In this document: in pieces, positions 58,332-64,000 of the stretch
How the letters are laid out: each line of letters starts with the position of its first letter
Position numbering within the stretch: position 1 is the stretch's first letter
NCBI GenBank assembly: GCA_963816145.1
Contig: CAWFJP010000001.1
Coordinates: 288,001-352,000 of the forward strand
DNA length: 64,000 nt
From: an uncultured delta proteobacterium
GTDB lineage: Bacteria; Desulfobacterota; Binatia; UBA9968
Direction of reading: 5' to 3'
Notes under the pieces: generated by a model
Database searches by the model: none
The model's input: the letters and a program-made list of their open reading frames with translations, nothing else
Told to the model about the DNA's origin: nothing
Translations under genes and position numbers: made by a program

Positions 58332-59111
58332 TTAAGTTTTTCCCGGTGCCGCCGACGCGGTTGCCCGCTCGCCAAGGATGATAGCGAGGGCAATGCGCAG
58401 CTCCTCCGGCGCTGAGGTTTGCGCGCTAGATGTTGACGGAAACGGTCCGAGATAGCACAGCGTGTACTCGAAATGGGTTTGATCGTCCACCGGCACATGC
58501 CAGCGTAAGCAGTTCTCCTCTGCCGCGGATTCGCCCCGAGATACCACAAGATTAGGGATGAAGAACCTGTCACGATGGGGGAGCTGTTCGTCAACGTTGA
58601 CGATCCCATGGAAGTAATTTGCTTTGCGCTCGAGTCTTTTTACAGGGGAGCTCGTCATCGGCTCAGCGCCAAGCTGGCGCAGCGGCAGCACCGGCGGCTC
58701 GCCCGGTCCCATGTAAGCAAAAATAATCCCGGCGGCTTCAATGCACGGATAGGCCGGCTGGCCGACATCCCAGCGACGTTCCTTTTCCGGCAGCCATTCG
58801 CCGCGCAAGACCACCTTGCCGCAGTTATCAAACAACCAGCCATGGTACATGCAGCGCAGCCCATCCGGTTCGACGCGGCCGTAGATCATGTCGACACCCT
58901 GGTGCGCGCAATAACGGCCGATCAGCGCCGGCTTGCCATCGCCATCGCGAAACAGCACCAACTCTTCGCCGAACATTTGTACCGGCAACGGCTTGTCCGC
59001 CGCCAACTCTTCCGACAACCCCGCCGGCTGCCAATAGCGCCGCATCAACTCGCCGCAAGGAGTCCCCTTTCCGGTCTGCGTCAACAATTCGTTTTCTTCG
59101 TGCGTGATCAT
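58332..59111 (-). CDS. Rieske 2Fe-2S oxygenase alpha-like protein with a shortened catalytic domain
   Basis: GTPCGELMRRYWQP, CAHQG...CMYHGW Rieske ligands; only about 260 aa. Confidence 0.75.
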   Translation of the reverse strand: MITHEENELLTQTGKGTPCGELMRRYWQPAGLSEELAADKPLPVQMFGEELVLFRDGDGKPALIGRYCAHQGVDMIYGRVEPDGLRCMYHGWLFDNCGKVVLRGEWLPEKERRWDVGQPAYPCIEAAGIIFAYMGPGEPPVLPLRQLGAEPMTSSPVKRLERKANYFHGIVNVDEQLPHRDRFFIPNLVVSRGESAAEENCLRWHVPVDDQTHFEYTLCYLGPFPSTSSAQTSAPEELRIALAIILGERATASAAPGKT

Positions 59112-59142
59112 CGTCAGGTTCTCAGTTAAATGACAATTGTCA

Positions 59143-59420
59143 TTCACCACGAGGTGTCCATGAGCTTACGCTCGTCTACAGATTATGAAACTGCAGGCCC
59201 CTCCACATGGTTTTCCCCTGATTCGTCATGCCGGCGAAGGCCGGCATCCAGGGGTGGGAGGGGGATGGATACCGGCTTTCGCCGGTATGACGGAGGCCAC
59301 GTGCTAATTCGTTGTCCGGATCGTACTTGCATATGGATTTTCTAAGGAAGACACGAAGAGCACGAAGTTCGGAGATAATTAATCCGAAACCTTCGTGTCC
59401 TTCGTGATCTTCGTGGTGAA
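59143..59420. repeat. Family B element split by an insertion carrying a CGTC-type palindrome
   Basis: TTCACCACGA | insert with CGTCATGCCGGCGAAGGCCGGCATCCA...TGGATACCGGCTTTCGCCGGTATGACG | GAAGACACGAAGAGCACGAAG...CTTCGTGTCCTTCGTGATCTTCGTGGTGAA. Confidence 0.75.
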
Positions 59421-59527
59421 AATCTCCCTTCCGATTATTATACCGCATGCGCCGCTAGCCCCTAAGTCTTCGGCCCAAAACGATTGAAACAGTTGGAACC
59501 ATTGGAACGACTGGAACCTATGCGATG

Positions 59528-60649
59528 TTATTTTAGTAAGATTTCCGCCAACTTCGCTCCCGGCAGCCATGAATTGTTGCATTTGTCTTCGGTGAAATTC
59601 TGCACGCGGCGAAACTCTTCCACGGTCAAAACATCCTTTGCCGCTTGCCCGTCCAGCCCCTTGGCGTCGACGTCCAACCGGCGCGACGGCTGCTGCGCAG
59701 TTCGATTGTGCAACTCTTGCCCTTCGCGGCTGAGCAGCCAGTTGAAAAACACTTTGGCGGCGTTCGGGTGCGGCGCGCCTTTGACGATGCCGAGGATGCC
59801 GTTGCCGCCGCTGACATAGGTGCCTTCTTTTAACGTCGGTAGATGCTTGACCGGCAGGTTGGCGTCGAGAAACGCGTCGAAATCGCGATAGCCCACGCCG
59901 ATGGTCATCGCCAAGTTGCCCTTCGCCAAAGCGTCGGCAATCTGGCGCGCGTTGCGGCTGACGAACATCTCCTGCTGCGCCAACTTGCGCACGTAGTCTT
60001 CGCCCTTGGTGTCGAGGAGAAACGCCCACATCGCCAGACCGCCGCCCGGCACCCGCGGATCGCGTAGGCCGATTTTGCCTTTCCATTTGGCATCGAGCAG
60101 ATCGTTGTAACTGCGCACATCCTGGGGCTTGACCAGATTGGTGTTGTAGTAAATCGACGGCGTCATCTGCGCGACGAAGCTATAGAGGAGATTATTGCCG
60201 CTCTGGTTGTCGGCCCACAGATGGCCGCCAAACCACCTGGCCGGGTCTTTGACCTCGGGCAGGATCATCGCCGGCGCCAGCGGTTCATAGACATCGGACT
60301 TGAGCAATGAGTTGCCGGTGCACGGTCCAATCAGAAATGCGTCGACGGTGACGGCGCCGGCCTGTTTCTCCGCGACAATTTTACTCATCAAGCTCGGGCC
60401 GGGCGCTTGAACGAATTCGCTGTCGAGATCGAATCGCTTTTTCAGCGCCGCCTGGGCTGCGACTCTGAAATCGCTCCCCGGCGGCGCGCCGATGACCACC
60501 TTGCCTTCCTTTTTTGCCGCCGCGACCAAGCGCTGCCAATCGGCGTTGACCTCGGCAGCATTACTTTGCGGCGCGGCGCTTAACTGAACTAAGACAATAA
60601 TTAGAAACATTCTCCAACGGATCATGGCGCTGACCTTTCTCGATGACAT
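59528..60649 (-). CDS. ABC transporter substrate-binding protein (Fe3+-type)
   Basis: AAAKKEGKVV, YYNTNLV, DLLDAKWKGKI, APHPNAAKVFFNWLLSREGQ. Confidence 0.85.
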   Translation of the reverse strand: MSSRKVSAMIRWRMFLIIVLVQLSAAPQSNAAEVNADWQRLVAAAKKEGKVVIGAPPGSDFRVAAQAALKKRFDLDSEFVQAPGPSLMSKIVAEKQAGAVTVDAFLIGPCTGNSLLKSDVYEPLAPAMILPEVKDPARWFGGHLWADNQSGNNLLYSFVAQMTPSIYYNTNLVKPQDVRSYNDLLDAKWKGKIGLRDPRVPGGGLAMWAFLLDTKGEDYVRKLAQQEMFVSRNARQIADALAKGNLAMTIGVGYRDFDAFLDANLPVKHLPTLKEGTYVSGGNGILGIVKGAPHPNAAKVFFNWLLSREGQELHNRTAQQPSRRLDVDAKGLDGQAAKDVLTVEEFRRVQNFTEDKCNNSWLPGAKLAEILLK

Positions 60650-61641
60650 TAGCTATCTGGGTAAAGCTCCTTGTAGTTCGCCATGCCGATCGGCCGCTGG
60701 CGATGCTCGATTTCTAAATACACTTTCAGTGTCGCGCGGCACAGCGGCGTCGCGACGTTCAGCCGCTCGCCCTCGCGAATGACCGCGCCGATGATGCCAT
60801 CGACTTCGGTTTTTTCGCCCCGTTTCAAGCCGCCGCCGGTTTCCTTCTCATCTTTCCAGGTGCGCGCCATCTCCTCGACCGTTGCCATTCTTTGCTCCAG
60901 GGACCGGCTCGAGTGGAAATCGTTGGGATCGTACTCGGCGAGTTTTTCCAGCCGGGCACCCGCCGCTTCGCCGACTTTGACGACCTCAGTGATGAAATCA
61001 GCGAACAAGCGGCGATTCGCCTCGCTCTGCCAGATCGCCGGCATCTTAGCGTCGGCGATCCAGCTGAGCATGCGCATGCTGGTAAACGTGAGCTTGCTCC
61101 ACATCACCCCGTACATGTTGTCGGCGATTTTCGTCGGCATGACCGGATCGAGCATGCCGTGCAGCGCTTCGAGCTGGGGTGTGCGTTGTCCGTGAATATG
61201 ACCGATGTATAGATAGCCATTTTGGTAGGTCCGCACATGGCCGGGCGCGATCTTGATGCTGCGCATGCGCACCACCGCGCCCACCGCGCGGTCGGCGCCG
61301 ACGCACTCGGCGACCAGCGGCAGATTCATGCCGTTTTGCAACGACACCACGACCGCATCTTCGGTCATATGATTCGCCATCGCAGCCAAAACATCCTGGG
61401 TTCCCTCTGACCTCACCGCGATCAGCACCAGGTCATACTTTCCCGACAGCTCGCTCGGAAAAAGAATCCGGGGTTTCACCGTAAACGAGTCGCCTGGCAA
61501 ATCGACGCGCAAACCGGCGCCCCGCACAGCCTCTACATGCTCACGGTCGACATCGCAAAACGTCAGATCGTGACCGGCACGCACCAGCCGCCCGCCGATG
61601 ATGCCACCGACCTGACCGGCGCCTACCAAAATCATTCGCAT
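60649..61641 (-). CDS. Ketopantoate reductase (PanE/ApbA) family protein
   Basis: VGAGQVGG, SLQNGM, WSKL, KTEVDGIIG. Confidence 0.85.
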   Translation of the reverse strand: MRMILVGAGQVGGIIGGRLVRAGHDLTFCDVDREHVEAVRGAGLRVDLPGDSFTVKPRILFPSELSGKYDLVLIAVRSEGTQDVLAAMANHMTEDAVVVSLQNGMNLPLVAECVGADRAVGAVVRMRSIKIAPGHVRTYQNGYLYIGHIHGQRTPQLEALHGMLDPVMPTKIADNMYGVMWSKLTFTSMRMLSWIADAKMPAIWQSEANRRLFADFITEVVKVGEAAGARLEKLAEYDPNDFHSSRSLEQRMATVEEMARTWKDEKETGGGLKRGEKTEVDGIIGAVIREGERLNVATPLCRATLKVYLEIEHRQRPIGMANYKELYPDS

Positions 61642-61718
61642 ACAATGAGCATCACTTTTCGGCTGCGATCATAATCGCGATTGAGTCGCAATGGCAACTC
61701 CCCGGGATTGCGAACATT

Positions 61719-61812
61719 GTGCAGCGCCGAATAGATTTCTCGCTCCGCTCGAAATGACAAATTATCACCGGCTGTCATCCCGAACGAAGAGAGGGATCTC
61801 TCCGAACTGCAC
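61719..61812. repeat. Family G palindromic element
   Basis: GTGCAG..AGATTTCTCGCTCCGCTCGAAATGACA / TGTCATCCCGAACGAAGAGAGGGATCT..CTGCAC. Confidence 0.75.
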
Positions 61813-61924
61813 CACCTTCCAGATTGCAGTGCATTTCACCAGGCGATATATTCCGCGCAATCACAAATGCCCCCGCCGATCCCCCTCGCCCTTTGGGAGA
61901 GGGCGAGGGCCACAGGAGAGGCCT

Positions 61925-62914
61925 TTGCGTAAATCACTATCGCTGATGGTTGTTATCATTATTGTTGGCTTGGCGTTCGTAATACCCGCCGCCGCCCAGG
62001 AGCGCATGCGCATCGCCTGGGCCGGCAGCACGCCATCGAACACGCCGATCTGGGTCGCCGATCAAAAAGGATTTTTCAAGAAGAACGGCCTCAACGTCGA
62101 GGTCATCAGCATCAGCGCCAGCACCATCGTGATCCAAGCGCTGCTCACCGGCGAAGTCGATTTCATCATCGCTCCGTCGGCGACCTTGGTTACCTCCAAG
62201 CTAGCCGGCGCCGACACTGTCATGGTGTCGACCAATCTGCCGCTCTTCATCGACCATATCGTGTCGCTCGGCAGCATCACGACGGTCGAACAGCTCAAGG
62301 GAAAGATCGGCGGCGTCAACCGCTTGGGCACGACCTCCGATATGACGCTCCGCTTGGCGCTGCGCCGCCTGGGAGTGGACCCGGAGAAGGAAACCAAAAT
62401 CATCGCCACCGGCGAGAATCCCCAGCGCCTCGCCGCCCTCGCCAACAACATCACCCAGTTCACGCTGCTCGGCGAACCGCTGGTGCGCGAAGCGGAAAAA
62501 CTCGGCTTCCGCGATCTCTACGACATCGGCACGCTGAAGATCCCCTACCACGTCAACGCCGTCGTCACCCGCGAAAAGACGGTCAAAGAACGCCGGCCGC
62601 TGGTGCAAAAAGTCGTGCGCGCGTTTACGGAATCGCTGCACTACATCCACACCAACAAAGAAGACACCAAAGCGCTCATCGGCAAAAACCTCAAAACCAA
62701 AGACCCCGAAGGTTTGGAGCGCGCCTACAAAGCCTACAACTCAGCATTCCCCGAAATTCCTTACCCGAATGCCGAAGGCGTCAAAACCCTCCTCGACGAC
62801 ATCGCCCCGCGCGACAAAAAAGCCGCCGCCGCCGACCCGAAAAGTTTCGTCGATATGAGCGTGGTGCAGGAGTTGGAAGCGTCGGGGTTTATCAAGCAGC
62901 TGTATAAGAGATAA
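61925..62914 (+). CDS. NitT/TauT ABC substrate-binding protein
   Basis: TTG start after AGGAGAG; signal peptide; GFFKKNGLNVE, LKGKIGG, SGFIKQLYK. Confidence 0.85.
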   Translation: MRKSLSLMVVIIIVGLAFVIPAAAQERMRIAWAGSTPSNTPIWVADQKGFFKKNGLNVEVISISASTIVIQALLTGEVDFIIAPSATLVTSKLAGADTVMVSTNLPLFIDHIVSLGSITTVEQLKGKIGGVNRLGTTSDMTLRLALRRLGVDPEKETKIIATGENPQRLAALANNITQFTLLGEPLVREAEKLGFRDLYDIGTLKIPYHVNAVVTREKTVKERRPLVQKVVRAFTESLHYIHTNKEDTKALIGKNLKTKDPEGLERAYKAYNSAFPEIPYPNAEGVKTLLDDIAPRDKKAAAADPKSFVDMSVVQELEASGFIKQLYKR

Positions 62915-63065
62915 ACACCGCAACTATTCGCCCGACTCGACGGCACGGCGTTCCGTTATAATCCCCATAGCCGAAGCTGCTCAGCGGCTCCGCGCTTTAG
63001 TCCAACACGTTTTATCCCCTTGGTCTGACTCCCGCACCATCAACCAATTTGATTGCCTCCATGCT

Positions 63066-63338
63066 TTGAGGGATAAAACGCTATATGTTATCCGGTCGAG
63101 AGTTAACGATGAGCAAAGGGTCGCTTCGCCACATAGGAAAGATCTGCCCTCATGGCTTGAACCTTGGAGAAGGATAATCGTAATCAATCTCATATTCCTG
63201 GCAATACTTGCTTGTATTGGCGTGGCTTATTTCCTCTTCGTTCGACTCTGCTATGGCATCATTGGTGTTGCGTGTACCGGATTTGATGGCCCTGCAATTG
63301 GGTTTCAAGAATCGACAACGATTTCTAATCAAGGCTAA
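63066..63338 (+). CDS. Hypothetical membrane protein, probable integron cassette ORF
   Basis: Visibly AT-richer DNA, hydrophobic stretch, ends just before attC1. Confidence 0.4.
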   Translation: MRDKTLYVIRSRVNDEQRVASPHRKDLPSWLEPWRRIIVINLIFLAILACIGVAYFLFVRLCYGIIGVACTGFDGPAIGFQESTTISNQG

Positions 63339-63385
63339 AACGAGAAGGTAGAAAAGGACGGGAGTAAGTTACGGAGCGTGCCGCC

Positions 63386-63468
63386 GGTTAACCCGCCGCT
63401 TGAGCCGATTGCGAGGTCAACGTGACCAAGATATTTCTTAATAACGTCTCAGCGGCATGGCGTTAGGC
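63386..63468 (+). mobile_element. attC-like site 1
   Basis: GGTTAAC-CCGCCGCTTGAG ... CTCAGCGGCATGGC-GTTAGGC (R''/L'' ... L'/R' architecture with an extra base). Confidence 0.7.
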
Positions 63469-63494
63469 CCTGGAAGCAGAGAGAGGAGAGCACG

Positions 63495-63839
63495 ATGAGC
63501 AACGAACAGGTGGCACCTGAGACGAAAGGTGTTACGGTGAAGTTACTTGCAACGGTTGACCTTGGCCCTGAGATCGAGGGCATGGCAGGGCGCCAACTTC
63601 GAATGCGTATGGTGACCATCGAGCCTGGAGGCGTCTTCGGCCCGATTCACGACCATAGAGACAGACCAGGCACCGTCTACATACTGCAAGGAACGATCAC
63701 TGACCATAGAAATGGAGTCGCTACGGACTATGGGCCGGGAGTGGGCTGGCCCGAGGATAGGAACACCACACACTGGCTTGAGAACAGAGGAACGATTCCA
63801 GCGGTGGAGATCTCGGTCGATATAGTCAGGCAAGAGTAA
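63495..63839 (+). CDS. Cupin domain protein (integron gene cassette)
   Basis: IEPGG...HDHRDRPG...YILQG...HWLENRG; AGGAG RBS; lies between two attC sites. Confidence 0.85.
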   Translation: MSNEQVAPETKGVTVKLLATVDLGPEIEGMAGRQLRMRMVTIEPGGVFGPIHDHRDRPGTVYILQGTITDHRNGVATDYGPGVGWPEDRNTTHWLENRGTIPAVEISVDIVRQE

Positions 63840-63867
63840 GCTCAGGCCCGATATCCAACACGGCCGG

Positions 63868-63945
63868 GCCTAACACGCGGCTCAACCGGACGCGCTTCAG
63901 TCGGCTTTGCCTCCTTTTGCGCGCCGGTTAGCCACAACGTTAAGC
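63868..63945 (+). mobile_element. attC site 2
   Basis: GCCTAAC-ACGCGGCTCAACCGGACGCGC ... GCGCGCCGGTTAGCCACAAC-GTTAAGC; fits RYYYAAC...GTTRRRY. Confidence 0.85.
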
Positions 63946-64000
63946 TGCTAGAGGCAATTAGACGCGCCTTCCAAAATGGGTCGTTCGTATCGCGAATGAG

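Overview
Bacterial chromosomal window of moderately high GC. The gene content (many ABC and TTT substrate-binding proteins, amidohydrolases, LLM, MFS paralogs) resembles soil Deltaproteobacteria-like/Binatia genomes; this is an inference only. Main contents: (1) a DUF4212-ActP-like sodium:solute symporter operon with a TTGACA promoter and a structured 5' leader; (2) a redox cluster with Tpx, a UGA-interrupted (probably selenocysteine) peroxiredoxin and a CGFS glutaredoxin; (3) a 16.7-kb minus-strand signalling module of two giant cytoplasmic histidine kinases (about 14 and about 10 tandem GAF domains, broken by single-base frameshifts), a GxxExxY nuclease-like gene, a single-domain response regulator and a REC-adenylate cyclase, all bracketed by composite inverted repeats; (4) five tandem MFS paralogs; (5) transport and catabolic genes; (6) at the right end, integron-type cassettes with two attC sites and no integrase upstream in the window. 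Many intergenic spaces hold palindromic elements whose arms are 7-9 nt periodic repeats, from several families, often nested. The GxxExxY gene sits inside one such family, which makes it a candidate REP/RAYT-like replicator system built on a different nuclease. No rRNA, tRNA or CRISPR array was seen. All calls come from reading the sequence and ORF track by eye; no searches were run.
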